Shown here piece by piece: positions 54,150-63,819 of a stretch of DNA of 64,000 bases (within the stretch, counting starts at the first letter, position 1; each line of letters opens with the position of its first letter). Made by a program: the position numbers and the translations under genes. The DNA comes from Clostridiales bacterium. GTDB lineage: Bacteria > Bacillota > Limnochordia > Darwinibacteriales > B1SED10-159. Location of the stretch: assembly GCA_003559095.1 (NCBI GenBank), contig PWMW01000057.1:6538-70537 (forward strand), given 5' to 3'. Below the pieces are notes generated by a model that had not been told where the DNA came from, did no database searches, and was given only the letters and a program-made list of their open reading frames with translations.

Positions 54150-55256
54150 ATGTGGCAGTTAATATGGGACAGCATGGGATTCACCTCCCTGAATTTCGGT
54201 AGTCTTGTGATGCTGGCTGTCAGTGTTCTGCTTTTGTTTTTGGGCATTTTTCGCAAATATGAGCCGCTCTTGCTGATTCCCATTGGATTTGGAATGGCTT
54301 TGGCGAATCTGCCGTTATCTCCAGTCATGGACGACGGTGGACTCTTGAATATTATCTACGAAGGCGTTCGCATCGGTCTTTACCCGCCGCTGATCTTTTT
54401 GGGTGTGGGTGCCATGACGGATTTTGGGCCACTCATTGCGAACCCACGCAGTATGCTCTTGGGAGCAGCAGCCCAGGTGGGTATTTTCTTGACCTTCTTA
54501 GGCGCGGCAGCCCTGCAGTTCAGCCTGCCTGAGAGTGCATCCATTGCCAGCATTGGCGGGGCCGATGGTCCAACGGCCATCTTCATTACGTCACAATTAG
54601 CGCCGCACTTGCTGGCACCGATTGCCATCTCGGCCTACGCCTATATGGCCTTGGTTCCGATGATCCAACCACCGGTTGCCCTTGCCCTGACCAGCAAAAA
54701 GGAGCGGGGTATCGTCATGGGTCAACTGCGAGAAGTTACCAGGCTGGAGCGACTTCTTTTTCCGGTCTTGGTCACAGCCTTTGTCGGCTTGATTGTTCCC
54801 AGCTCGATTCCCTTGGTCGGAGCTTTGATGTTCGGTAATCTTCTGCGCGAGTCCGGGGTGACCGTGCGGCTGTCAAAAACGGCTCAAAACGAAATGACGA
54901 ACATCGTCACGATCTTTTTGGGGTTAGCCGTCGGAGCCACAGCGCAGGCTGCCACATTCTTGACGTGGCAGACCATCATGATTTTGGCATTGGGAATCGT
55001 GGCGTTCACTTTGGGTACTGCTTCAGGGGTGCTCTTTGGCAAGCTGGCTTGCGCGCTGTCCAAAGGCAAGATTAACCCCTTGATTGGGGCGGCCGGTGTA
55101 TCGGCTGTACCCATGGCTGCTCGTGTCGTGCAAAAACTTGGTCAGAATGAAAACCCGGATAATTTCCTGCTGATGCATGCTATGGGACCGAATGTGGCTG
55201 GTGTTATTGGGTCTGCCGTGGCTGCCGGGATTTTCCTGTCACTTTTAGGAGGTTAA
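54150..55256 (+). CDS. oadB: Na+-translocating decarboxylase beta subunit (OadB/GcdB/MmdB)
   Basis: [24 protein letters not shown] and [16 protein letters not shown] motifs. Confidence 0.85.
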   Translation: MWQLIWDSMGFTSLNFGSLVMLAVSVLLLFLGIFRKYEPLLLIPIGFGMALANLPLSPVMDDGGLLNIIYEGVRIGLYPPLIFLGVGAMTDFGPLIANPRSMLLGAAAQVGIFLTFLGAAALQFSLPESASIASIGGADGPTAIFITSQLAPHLLAPIAISAYAYMALVPMIQPPVALALTSKKERGIVMGQLREVTRLERLLFPVLVTAFVGLIVPSSIPLVGALMFGNLLRESGVTVRLSKTAQNEMTNIVTIFLGLAVGATAQAATFLTWQTIMILALGIVAFTLGTASGVLFGKLACALSKGKINPLIGAAGVSAVPMAARVVQKLGQNENPDNFLLMHAMGPNVAGVIGSAVAAGIFLSLLGG

Positions 55257-55259
55257 ATA

Positions 55260-56606
55260 ATGGAACGCAAACTTGTGGGTATCACCGACACCATCTTTCG
55301 CGATGCCCATCAGTCCTTATTGGCAACACGACTGCAAACAAAAGATATGGTGGAAATCACCGAGATTATGGATTCCGTTGGCTACCATTCCCTGGAAGTC
55401 TGGGGCGGGGCTACCTTTGACAGCTGCATGCGCTATCTAGAAGAAGATCCTTGGGAACGTCTGCGTACGCTGCGGAAGCGCATGCCCAATACCAAATTAC
55501 AGATGCTTCTACGCGGGCAGAATCTCCTCGGCTATCGGCAGTACCCCGATGACGTAGTCGACGAGTTTGTAGCCAAATCCATTGAAAACGGCATTGACAT
55601 CATTCGCAGTTTTGATGCCCTTAACGATACTCGCAATCTCGAACGGGCTGTGGCTGCCACCAAGAAATACGGTGGACACGCTCAGGGCACCATCGTCTAC
55701 ACCGTCAGCCCGGTACACACCATTGAGACATTTGTCAAAGTGGCGAAGCAGCTGCGGGAGATTGGCTCGGATTCCGTGGCCATCAAGGACATGGCGGGGC
55801 TTCTGACCCCGCATATGGCGCAGCAATTGGTGACGCAGTTGAAGGCGGAACTGGATATCCCGGTGCATCTGCATACACACTATACCAGCGGCATGGCCTC
55901 TATGACGTATTGGGCGGGGATCGAGGCTGGAGTGGATGTGGTGGATACAGCCCTCTCGCCATTGTCCATGGGAACTTCGCAGCCGCCCACAGAGTCTTTG
56001 GTAGCGGCTTTGGCCGAAACAAATAGACCCACTGAGCTGGATCTGGAACTGTTGGCCAAAGCATCAAGGATCTTCCGCAAAGTTCTGGAAGGTTATAAAA
56101 AGCCGACGGTTCATGTGGATACCACCGTCTTAACAAGCCAAATCCCCGGCGGCATGCTTTCCAATCTGCACTCGCAGTTAGAGTCGCAGAAGATGGGTGA
56201 CCGGTACCCCGAGATCGTTGAAGAGGTTCCGCGGGTTCGCAAGGATATGGGATATCCGCCCTTGGTGACACCCATGAGTCAGATAGTTGGTGTCCAAGCA
56301 CTCTTTAACGTGATCACCGGCCAGAGGTATGCGGTCAAGTCCAAGGAAATTAAGGAATATGTGGCTGGTAATTACGGCCGGCCGCCGGTCCCCATCGACG
56401 AGGATGTCCGCTCCATGTTGGTGGATGAAGGCGAGGTCCTAGAGGGGCGACCCGCTGATTACCTCGAACCTGTTCTGGATAAATTCCGCGCAGAGATCAA
56501 AGACATGATGATCCAAGAAGAGGATGTTCTAAGCTACGCTCTGTTCCCGGAAGTGGCCAAACGCTTCTTCAAGATTCGCCAGGAAAAGCAGGGTGCCGCC
56601 CGTTAA
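55260..56606 (+). CDS. oadA: Oxaloacetate decarboxylase alpha / 5S-type carboxyltransferase without a fused biotin domain
   Basis: ITDTIFRDAHQSLLATR, AIKDMAGLL and HLHTHYTSG motifs. 448 aa, and it ends before any biotinyl domain. Confidence 0.8.
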   Translation: MERKLVGITDTIFRDAHQSLLATRLQTKDMVEITEIMDSVGYHSLEVWGGATFDSCMRYLEEDPWERLRTLRKRMPNTKLQMLLRGQNLLGYRQYPDDVVDEFVAKSIENGIDIIRSFDALNDTRNLERAVAATKKYGGHAQGTIVYTVSPVHTIETFVKVAKQLREIGSDSVAIKDMAGLLTPHMAQQLVTQLKAELDIPVHLHTHYTSGMASMTYWAGIEAGVDVVDTALSPLSMGTSQPPTESLVAALAETNRPTELDLELLAKASRIFRKVLEGYKKPTVHVDTTVLTSQIPGGMLSNLHSQLESQKMGDRYPEIVEEVPRVRKDMGYPPLVTPMSQIVGVQALFNVITGQRYAVKSKEIKEYVAGNYGRPPVPIDEDVRSMLVDEGEVLEGRPADYLEPVLDKFRAEIKDMMIQEEDVLSYALFPEVAKRFFKIRQEKQGAAR

Positions 56607-57217
56607 GTTAGGCGGCACACGGCGACTCCCAGCCAGTAGCGGGTATCGGTTTGAGGTAGTTCAATGACTGTATCCCGTTGATGGTACATCGTAACCGAGG
56701 GGAAGACCTCGAGAAGCTCGGAAAACTCTGCAGGGGTGTACTGCCAGACATGGTAGGGGTCTCCGCAGGGTTTTCCTCTACCCCTACCGAAGGGCGTTGA
56801 GATGATGATCTGGGCGCTGGGTCGGGCTAGGCTCTTCAGGACCTGCAGGAAGCGCTGGGCATCGGCAAAATGTTCAATGGTTTCAAAGGATACGATGGTG
56901 TCAAATGTACCGAAGATTTGGGGCAGTGTGACATCCAGAGCATTGCCTTGATAAAATCGAACATTGTCCTGTGCGTAGTGCCAGCGCGCATAATTGACCG
57001 CTTCCCAGGAGGCGTCAATGCCAATGATCTCTGCAATGGACCCTTTGGGGGCTGTTTCCAGCAGCAGCTGCGGACCGTAGCCAGCGCCGGATGCTATATC
57101 CAAGACCCTAGCTCCACAGAATTTCGCCGCAAACCGGTAGCGGGCGATGTGTTCCTGCAGCATGCCATTGTTGGGGTTCATCTGTTTGGGAATAACACGT
57201 TCACCAGTATATTCCAT
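56603..57217 (-). CDS. Class I SAM-dependent methyltransferase (type 11)
   Basis: VLDIASGAGYG motif. It is convergent with oadA, overlapping by 4 nt. Confidence 0.75.
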   Translation of the reverse strand: MEYTGERVIPKQMNPNNGMLQEHIARYRFAAKFCGARVLDIASGAGYGPQLLLETAPKGSIAEIIGIDASWEAVNYARWHYAQDNVRFYQGNALDVTLPQIFGTFDTIVSFETIEHFADAQRFLQVLKSLARPSAQIIISTPFGRGRGKPCGDPYHVWQYTPAEFSELLEVFPSVTMYHQRDTVIELPQTDTRYWLGVAVCRLT

Positions 57218-57287
57218 GACTGCATCACCACAGTTAGTCTAACACACATCATCAGGCTTCACAACGGCCAGCGGAGGAGGATGAATC

Positions 57288-58013
57288 ATGAAAGTCATAG
57301 CGCATCGCGGTTACTCCAGTCAAGCACCAGAGAACACCATGGCAGCCTTTGGCAAGGCATTGGATGTTGGGAATACCCATTGGGAACTTGATGTTCAGAT
57401 GACGAAGGATGGCGAGGTTGTGGTCATCCACGACGAAACCGTAGACAGGACCAGTGATGGCGAAGGACTGGTGAAGGACTTGACCTTGGACCAACTAAGG
57501 CAATTGGACTTTGGTTCTTGGTTTGATGAAGCCTTCACTGCTGAACGAATTCCACTGCTTTCCGACGTCCTCCAGACAGCGTCCGAGCACGATGTTTGGC
57601 TGAACATAGAGCTGAAAACAGGCATTGTTCAGTACCCAGAGATCGAACAGCGGGTCATCGACTTGATACATCAGTACGATATGGGGCAGCAGGTGGCTAT
57701 CTCATCGTTCAATCACTACTCATTGAAAAAAGTAAAGGAAATTTGTCCTGCCATGCCCATCGGTCTTTTGTACATGGCGGGTTTGTATGAGCCCTGGCAC
57801 TATGCGGCGCGCCTGGGCGCTGAAGCCCTGCATCCGCTGTACAGGAGCATCGTTCCGGAAATCGTTGCCGGGGCCAAGGCCGCGGGCATTGCCTTGCGCC
57901 CGTTCACCGTCGATGAACCGGCGTTAATCCAACGGATGATTGCTGCGGGTGTGGATGGGATTATCACAAATTACCCAGAACGCGCTGCCGGTTTGCTGGC
58001 GGCCAAGCCTTAA
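57288..58013 (+). CDS. Glycerophosphodiester phosphodiesterase
   Basis: IAHRGYSSQAPENT and ELDVQMTKDGEVVVIHD motifs. Confidence 0.85.
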   Translation: MKVIAHRGYSSQAPENTMAAFGKALDVGNTHWELDVQMTKDGEVVVIHDETVDRTSDGEGLVKDLTLDQLRQLDFGSWFDEAFTAERIPLLSDVLQTASEHDVWLNIELKTGIVQYPEIEQRVIDLIHQYDMGQQVAISSFNHYSLKKVKEICPAMPIGLLYMAGLYEPWHYAARLGAEALHPLYRSIVPEIVAGAKAAGIALRPFTVDEPALIQRMIAAGVDGIITNYPERAAGLLAAKP

Positions 58014-58026
58014 GGGGTGGTACTCG

Positions 58027-59013
58027 GTGCCAAGGCGTATCATAATCGACTGTGATCCTGGAATTGACGATGCTCTGGCCCTTCTGTACGCAGCGCGTTC
58101 ACCGGAGAGCCAGTTGGACGGTGTTACTGTTGTTGCAGGTAATACCACGCTCCCACAGGCGGTGAGCAATGCTCTGCGTGTGTTGGACTTGGCTGAAGGT
58201 CGGCATGTGCCCGTGTATGCGGGCGCCTCCGAGCCCTTGGAACGGAGGCTGCAGCCCTCAGCCCGCATTCATGGCGAGGACGGACTGGGTGACTGCGGTT
58301 GGCCCGAGAGTTCCAGGGAGTCGCAGACGGAACGGGCTGCCCAGTTCTTGAATCATCACGGACAGAAGTTCGGTCATGAAACGACGTTAATCTGTTTGGG
58401 TCCGCTGACCAATATTGCACAAGCTATCCGCAGCGACCCAGAAAGCATGAGCCGTTACCAGCGGCTCGTTATCATGGGCGGAGCCTACCGCGTGGGGGGC
58501 AATGCCTCTCCCGTGGCGGAGCACAATTTCTGGACCGATCCAGAAGCTGCGCAAGCTGTCTTGGAGTGGCGAGGCACATCGATCCGACTCGTTGGCCTCG
58601 ACATTGTTCGGACCGTGTTGCTGACTCCAAATCATCGTGAATTGCTGCGGCAGATGAACACCAAGCTTACCCATTGGATCTGCAGCAGTACGCGTTATTT
58701 CCTCAATGCCCATTGGCAGGTGGACCGCGTATTGGGATGTTACTTGGCGGACCCTTTGGCGGTAGCAGCGGCTCTGCGGCCTGAATGGTTCGACGTCCAG
58801 ACGTATCCGGCCTCCGTGGCCGTGGATGGGCTGAACCGTGGGCAACTGCTGCTCGATGAGTATGCACAGTCCCCGAGGCAGGTGCCAGCTGGCATTGAGT
58901 GGTGTGTTGAGGTGAACCGGCGGGAGTTCATGGAAGACTTTTTGGCCTGCCTCGGTCCAGCGCAGTGGACATCAAAACAGGTCCGGCGCTGTCTCATAGG
59001 GTGTTCGGAATAG
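58027..59013 (+). CDS. Nucleoside hydrolase (IUNH family)
   Basis: IIIDCDPGIDDALAL and AEHNFWTDPEAA motifs. GTG 58027 behind AAGGGGTGG. Confidence 0.8.
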   Translation: MPRRIIIDCDPGIDDALALLYAARSPESQLDGVTVVAGNTTLPQAVSNALRVLDLAEGRHVPVYAGASEPLERRLQPSARIHGEDGLGDCGWPESSRESQTERAAQFLNHHGQKFGHETTLICLGPLTNIAQAIRSDPESMSRYQRLVIMGGAYRVGGNASPVAEHNFWTDPEAAQAVLEWRGTSIRLVGLDIVRTVLLTPNHRELLRQMNTKLTHWICSSTRYFLNAHWQVDRVLGCYLADPLAVAAALRPEWFDVQTYPASVAVDGLNRGQLLLDEYAQSPRQVPAGIEWCVEVNRREFMEDFLACLGPAQWTSKQVRRCLIGCSE

Positions 59014-59017
59014 AAAG

Positions 59018-59044
59018 CAGCCCGTACCGATTCGGTACGGGCTG
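59018..59044. terminator. Bidirectional hairpin CAGCCCGTACCG-ATT-CGGTACGGGCTG between convergent genes
   Basis: A 12-bp perfect stem. Confidence 0.65.
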
Positions 59045-59054
59045 TTCTGCAAAT

Positions 59055-60428
59055 TTACATGAGATGTCCCAGCAGAATGGAGGCTATGGTGAAGTAGATG
59101 AATAATCCACTGAGGTCTTTGATGGTCGTAATAATGGGGTCGGCACCCGCGGCCTGGTCCAATCCCATCTTCGTCAAGGTGTAGGGGACCACAAACCCAA
59201 CCACGGTGGCCAATGTAACGGTGAAGAAGAGCGACATGGTTACGACCAGACCCAACTCCAGCATGCCCTGCCAAAACCAAGCGAAAAGGCCGCCGCTGAC
59301 ACCAAGTAAGACGCCAATGGACATACCCACCCGGGTTTCGCGCCACAGCTGTGTCAAAAACTGGTCCATGTTGATATGACCCAAGATCAATCCGCGGGTG
59401 AAGATCGTGGAAGACTGAGTGCCGACGTTACCGCCCATATCCATAATGACGGGGATAAAGAAAGCAAGAATGACAACAGTTTCCAGGGCTTCTTCGAAGA
59501 CGCCAATCAGTCCGCCGGCGGCCAAACCGCCGACCAAGGTAATGATCAGGTAAGGAAGCCGGGCCCGCAGGACCACGGGAATGGCTCCTTTGACCAAGTC
59601 GTAGCTGCGAGTGGACTCACGGCTTTGAATGTCTCCCAAACCGGCCTTGGCGTAGATGTCCTCAGTGGCTTCTTCCTGGAGGATATCCATGGCGTCGTCC
59701 ACTGTGATAATCCCGACCAACCGGTTTTCTTTGTCCACAACGGGCAGGGCCAACAGATCATGTTCTTGGATCTTGAGGGCGGCCACTTCCTGGTCTTCGT
59801 CGGTCTGACTGCTGACAATATCCACTTCCATCAGATCGCCGATGACGGCATCATCTTCGGCCAAAACCAAATCCTTGAGGGATACAACACCCCGCAGGTT
59901 CCGGGTATTATCGGTGACGTAGCAGTAATAAATTGTCTCGCGTTCTGGGCTGACCCGGCGGATCTTGGCCAAAGCTTCCCGCACGGTCATGTTCTCCCGC
60001 AGCGAAACGTATTCCGGGGTCATAATACGCCCGGCAGTGTCTGGTTTGTAGCCCATCAGCAATCCCACGGCCTGCCGGTCTTCCGAGGACAGCCGGCTCA
60101 GGAGGCGCTTGGCCACTTTGGCTGGCAGCTCGTCTAGAAGTTCCACTTGGTCGTCGGGATCCAGGCTGCTGATGAGTTCCAGGGCTCTTTCCTCTTGGAA
60201 GCTGCTGAGCAGTGTTTGCTTCTCTTCGACGTTGAGCTGTTCGAAAACTTCCATGGCCAGATCCTTGGGTAGGAGTCGAAAGACAGGCCCCTGCTCAGCT
60301 AGGGGCAGCACCCGGATCAGTTGGGCTACATAAACATGGTTCTCGTCTCGGAGAGCTCGTTTAACAGCTTCGAGGTTCTTCTGTTCCAGATCTTCACGGA
60401 TTTGTGCATACAGTTTTTCAAAGCTCAT
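59055..60428 (-). CDS. mgtE: Magnesium transporter MgtE
   Basis: N-domain, tandem CBS domains and the C-terminal PVIMDMGGNVGTQSST motif. Confidence 0.9.
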   Translation of the reverse strand: MSFEKLYAQIREDLEQKNLEAVKRALRDENHVYVAQLIRVLPLAEQGPVFRLLPKDLAMEVFEQLNVEEKQTLLSSFQEERALELISSLDPDDQVELLDELPAKVAKRLLSRLSSEDRQAVGLLMGYKPDTAGRIMTPEYVSLRENMTVREALAKIRRVSPERETIYYCYVTDNTRNLRGVVSLKDLVLAEDDAVIGDLMEVDIVSSQTDEDQEVAALKIQEHDLLALPVVDKENRLVGIITVDDAMDILQEEATEDIYAKAGLGDIQSRESTRSYDLVKGAIPVVLRARLPYLIITLVGGLAAGGLIGVFEEALETVVILAFFIPVIMDMGGNVGTQSSTIFTRGLILGHINMDQFLTQLWRETRVGMSIGVLLGVSGGLFAWFWQGMLELGLVVTMSLFFTVTLATVVGFVVPYTLTKMGLDQAAGADPIITTIKDLSGLFIYFTIASILLGHLM

Positions 60429-60733
60429 CGGTTCATCCTCCCGTGAGCTATGCCACAGGTCGAAACAAACGTCGTGGTACGTAGAACGGTGCCTTGGTTC
60501 TGCGTATCCAAATGTGTGCCTTGGCCCAAAATGACCGCGAGCCTGCTTCGGGTCTCTGCTGCAGGGTATCTACGGTGAGAGGGCCTCTCTATGGGCGAAG
60601 AAGCACGTGACCGCTCCGAATGCTACCATTGACGATTGCTTCAGACAGCGGGATAGCTGAAATTGACCTTGCATTCCTTGACAACACCAACATCGCGGAA
60701 CACCGTCCACGTGACTTCACCTCCAGTTATAAA

Positions 60734-60940
60734 ATGAACCCCTTCTCAACAGGAGAAGGGGTTCATTGTAACACAACAAAGAACGCCTCCCTTGTTGAGC
60801 TTTAGCACTATAGGGTTAGAGTTTAGCTCGGCTACATTAGATCATACCTTAATCCGATAAGACCTGTTCACCCATTGGCGTCTCTCGACATTTTTGGGCA
60901 GCAGCTCATCCCCTATAGGAGCCTCACCTAACGAAGAGGT
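60734..60940 (-). promoter_or_regulatory. M-box (ykoK) Mg2+ riboswitch with intrinsic terminator
   Basis: The minus strand reads CUUCGUUAGGUGAGGCUCCUAUAGGGGAUGAGCUGCUGCCCAAAAAUGUCGAGAGACGCCAAUGGGUGAACAG...AAGGUAUGAUCUAAUGUAGCCGAGCUAAACUCUAACCCUAUAGUGCUAAAGCUCAAC, nearly collinear with the B. subtilis mgtE M-box. It is followed by the hairpin AUGAACCCCUUCUC-loop-GAGAAGGGGUUCAU + UUUAU (60734..60766). Confidence 0.9.
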
Positions 60941-60951
60941 TATCCATACAT

Positions 60952-60980
60952 ATGATAACAAACAACAAAGGCTTTGTCAA
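60952..60980 (-). promoter_or_regulatory. Promoter TTGACA-17-TATCAT driving the M-box leader
   Basis: Read on the minus strand. It ends about 10 nt before the M-box 5' end. Confidence 0.65.
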
Positions 60981-60982
60981 AG

Positions 60983-61012
60983 AAAACCAGCGAGCCGCGG
61001 CTCGCTGGTTTT
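60983..61012 (-). terminator. Terminator AAAACCAGCGAGCC-GC-GGCTCGCTGGTTTT after the peptide SBP gene
   Basis: A 13-14-bp stem with a U-run on the minus strand, 13 nt after the SBP stop. Confidence 0.7.
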
Positions 61013-61024
61013 GGGAGATGTTGT

Positions 61025-62551
61025 CTAGCGTTCGATGTCAATCAGGTGAGCGTCAACCCAGTTTTGAGCGGTGTAGGGATGCAGAGCCCAACCGGTCACG
61101 TACGGGTATTTGGCTGCGGTTTCCACTGTGTAGAAGATAAAGGCATACGGAACTTCTTCAGCCACAATGGCCTGAACTTCCCGGTAAATATCGATAGACT
61201 CCTGCGAATCGCCCGGAACGGTTGGTCCGAGATTCGTCAGTTCATCTACACGAGCGTTGGAGTAGTAGGTGTAGTTGGCACTGCCTTCGGTGTTGAACTG
61301 ACGGATGCTGGCTCGGTCTGGATCCAGCTGGCCGCCCCAACCCATGATAAACATGTCATAGTCTTCGGTCTGCTGAATGCGGCTGAGGAATGCGCCCCAT
61401 TCTTCAATGCTGATGTCCACCTGAATACCCATTTCATTTAGGAGATAGCCAAGCACCTCGGCGACTTGGCCGCGAATGGCAGTCTCTTCGTTGGTATGCA
61501 GGCGCAGACTCAGCGGGTTGTCAGGACCATATCCAGCTTCAGCCAGCAACTCCATGGCCCGCTCTGGATTGTAGTCATAGCGCTTTGCATCTTCATTGTA
61601 CCAGGGCAATGAAGGGATGACCTGCGTGTGTCCAGGAATACCCAAGCCGTAGAGCAATTGATCGACAATGGCGTTACGATCAATCAGGTACGAGATAGCC
61701 TGACGGACACGGACATCGCTGAGAGCTTCATTGCGAGTGTTGAAGCCCATATACGTGTAGCCAGGCGACGGAGCCACGATGGTGTCGATGCTTGGGTCTT
61801 CCTCAAGGCGAGCAAACTCCATCTGCGGCGGTGCAGTGACGATATCAGCTTCGCCAGCTTCAAAGGCCAGTAGTTTCGTAGTTTGCTCCGGAATGGGCCG
61901 GAACACGATGGTGTCGATGTTCGGTGTGCCACCCCGGTACTGCTCGAAGGCAGTCATCTCAAAACGGTCGTCACGGATCCAGCGGCTGAACTCATAAGGG
62001 CCGGTTCCGATGGGGCTTTGGCGGAACTGCGCACCGCGCTCTTGATACACGTCGGCTGGTACGATGGGCAGGCGTGCCATGTTGTTAATCAAGAAGCCGT
62101 TGACGTTGGCCAAATGGAACTCAATGCGGTAGTCATTGATCACTTCGATCTCGGCAATGTCCACATAGAGCGAACGGTTCTGCGCAGCCACTTCGGGATC
62201 GAGGATTGTCTCAAAGGTGAATTTCACATCGTCAGCAGTGAACTCCCGGCCGTGATGGAACAAAACACCTTCCCGCAGGTCAAACCAAAGGGTAAGACCA
62301 TCTTCGGTGTAGCCCCAATCCGTGGCCAGACGGCCTTCCAGGACCATATCGTGATTGAACACAACCAAAGACTCCATCATGGCATTGATCCGTTCAAACG
62401 ACGGCACGTCTGTCTCAATGATCGGATCCAGACCAGGTGCCTCGCCTCCAACGGCGACGGTGAGTGTTTTGCCGAATACGGCGCCTGCACTCAAGGAACC
62501 AATGAGGGCTGCTGCCAAGACAAGGACCATCAATTTCTGCCAACTTCGCAT
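61025..62551 (-). CDS. ABC transporter substrate-binding protein, family 5 (peptide/nickel, OppA/DppA-like), orphan
   Basis: Signal sequence MRSWQKLMVLVLAAALIGSLSAGA and family-5 SBP patterns (LVVFNHDMVLEGRLATDW, FHHGREFTADDV). No permease or ATPase is adjacent. Confidence 0.8.
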   Translation of the reverse strand: MRSWQKLMVLVLAAALIGSLSAGAVFGKTLTVAVGGEAPGLDPIIETDVPSFERINAMMESLVVFNHDMVLEGRLATDWGYTEDGLTLWFDLREGVLFHHGREFTADDVKFTFETILDPEVAAQNRSLYVDIAEIEVINDYRIEFHLANVNGFLINNMARLPIVPADVYQERGAQFRQSPIGTGPYEFSRWIRDDRFEMTAFEQYRGGTPNIDTIVFRPIPEQTTKLLAFEAGEADIVTAPPQMEFARLEEDPSIDTIVAPSPGYTYMGFNTRNEALSDVRVRQAISYLIDRNAIVDQLLYGLGIPGHTQVIPSLPWYNEDAKRYDYNPERAMELLAEAGYGPDNPLSLRLHTNEETAIRGQVAEVLGYLLNEMGIQVDISIEEWGAFLSRIQQTEDYDMFIMGWGGQLDPDRASIRQFNTEGSANYTYYSNARVDELTNLGPTVPGDSQESIDIYREVQAIVAEEVPYAFIFYTVETAAKYPYVTGWALHPYTAQNWVDAHLIDIER

Positions 62552-62670
62552 CAAATCTTCCTCTCTGCTGTGGTTTTGCCCCAATGTTAAAACGGGGCAT
62601 GCTATGGTTAAGTATAGGTAACGGATTCGGGTCTGTCAATCCTTCGCAGGGCGAACATTGCGCAAAACGA

Positions 62671-62693
62671 GCCATTTGCCTAGGGCAAATGGC
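62671..62693 (-). terminator. Hairpin GCCATTTGCC-TAG-GGCAAATGGC downstream of the M42 peptidase gene
   Basis: A 10-bp perfect stem. The minus strand continues UCGUUUUGCG. Confidence 0.55.
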
Positions 62694-62817
62694 CGTTAAC
62701 GCTTTTTCCGATTGAATTCCTCGGATTTGAGAAGGAATCCATGGATTTTTCTGCCGCTGGGGCCGCTGCAGAGGACCGACGCTCAGCGTGCGGCTCACTA
62801 CCGTTCAGAGATCAACG

Positions 62818-63816
62818 TCACATAAGTTCAGCCAGGGTGTCTTCACAGATAGCAACCACCAAATCGACACAGGCTTGAACGTCTCCTTGATCCACCATTT
62901 CGCTGACACTATGAACATAGCGGCAGGGGATGGAGATGGTGCCCGATGGAACGCCAGACCGAGTTAGGTGCATGGCCCCAGCGTCTGTGCCACCGCGTTC
63001 GAGAACTTCGTATTGATACGGAATGTTTTTTTCTTGAGCTAGACGGGTCATCAGTGCTTTCACTTTGGGGTGGGTAACCAGCGATGAGTCTTTGATCTTG
63101 ATCGCGGCACCGGCACCGAGGCTCACTTCCATGCGGGGCGCTTCCGGCGAATCACCCGTTAGCGTCACATCAAGGGCTACACCTAAGTCCGGGTTGATAT
63201 CGTAGGCACTGGTGCGAGCTCCCCGAATGCCCACTTCCTCTTGGGCCGTGAAAACGAAGTAAAGGTCATTGGGGGTATCATTCACTCGTTTCAGCGCCTC
63301 AACCAGAACGGCACAGCCGATCCGGTCATCCATACTCTTGGCGATAAGACGCTGCCCCAAGTCAGTGAACTCCCTGTGCATAATCCCGAAATCACCAATG
63401 TTCACCTTGGCTTCGGCAGCGGCCTTGTCGTTGGCGCCAATATCTATGAACAGCTTATCCAACGAGATGTCCTTAGCTTCGCCTTTTTCCCGTCCAATGA
63501 CCCCGATAGTCCCGTTGGCGAAGCGGACGCGATTGCCCAGGAGCGAAAATGGGTTGAGACCACCGACGTTGAGGAACCGCAGAAACCCTTTGTCATCAAT
63601 GTGCGTAACGACGACGCCGATTTCGTCGGCGTGGCCGGCGAACATGATGCGCTTGCCGCCGCCAGTTCCCTTTTTAACAGCTATGAGATTGCCCAGGGCA
63701 TCCACCCGCATTTCGTCGGCATGGTCGCCAACCATTGTCTTGATTAGGTCAATGACTTCGGTTTCATAACCCGACGGCCCAAAGGCTTCGACTAACGCCT
63801 TGATCGTATCTTTCAT
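62818..63816 (-). CDS. M42-family metallopeptidase (glutamyl aminopeptidase / YsdC-FrvX type)
   Basis: LVEAFGPSGYE, AHADEIG, TAQEEVGIRGA and IPCRYVHS motifs. Confidence 0.85.
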   Translation of the reverse strand: MKDTIKALVEAFGPSGYETEVIDLIKTMVGDHADEMRVDALGNLIAVKKGTGGGKRIMFAGHADEIGVVVTHIDDKGFLRFLNVGGLNPFSLLGNRVRFANGTIGVIGREKGEAKDISLDKLFIDIGANDKAAAEAKVNIGDFGIMHREFTDLGQRLIAKSMDDRIGCAVLVEALKRVNDTPNDLYFVFTAQEEVGIRGARTSAYDINPDLGVALDVTLTGDSPEAPRMEVSLGAGAAIKIKDSSLVTHPKVKALMTRLAQEKNIPYQYEVLERGGTDAGAMHLTRSGVPSGTISIPCRYVHSVSEMVDQGDVQACVDLVVAICEDTLAELM

Positions 63817-63819
63817 AAC

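Noticed and set aside
60430-60620. A possible second (tandem) M-box directly upstream of mgtE.
   Set aside because: The superficial GAUAC and CUACG matches disappear on closer reading. The core GUUAGGUGAGGCU, GCUGCUGCCC and GUGCUAAAGCUC blocks are present only in the 60789..60940 copy.
60620-61441. Plus-strand ORFs 60620..60805, 60952..61140 and 60974..61441.
   Set aside because: They overlap the minus-strand M-box, its promoter and terminators, and the SBP gene. The region is fully accounted for by those elements.
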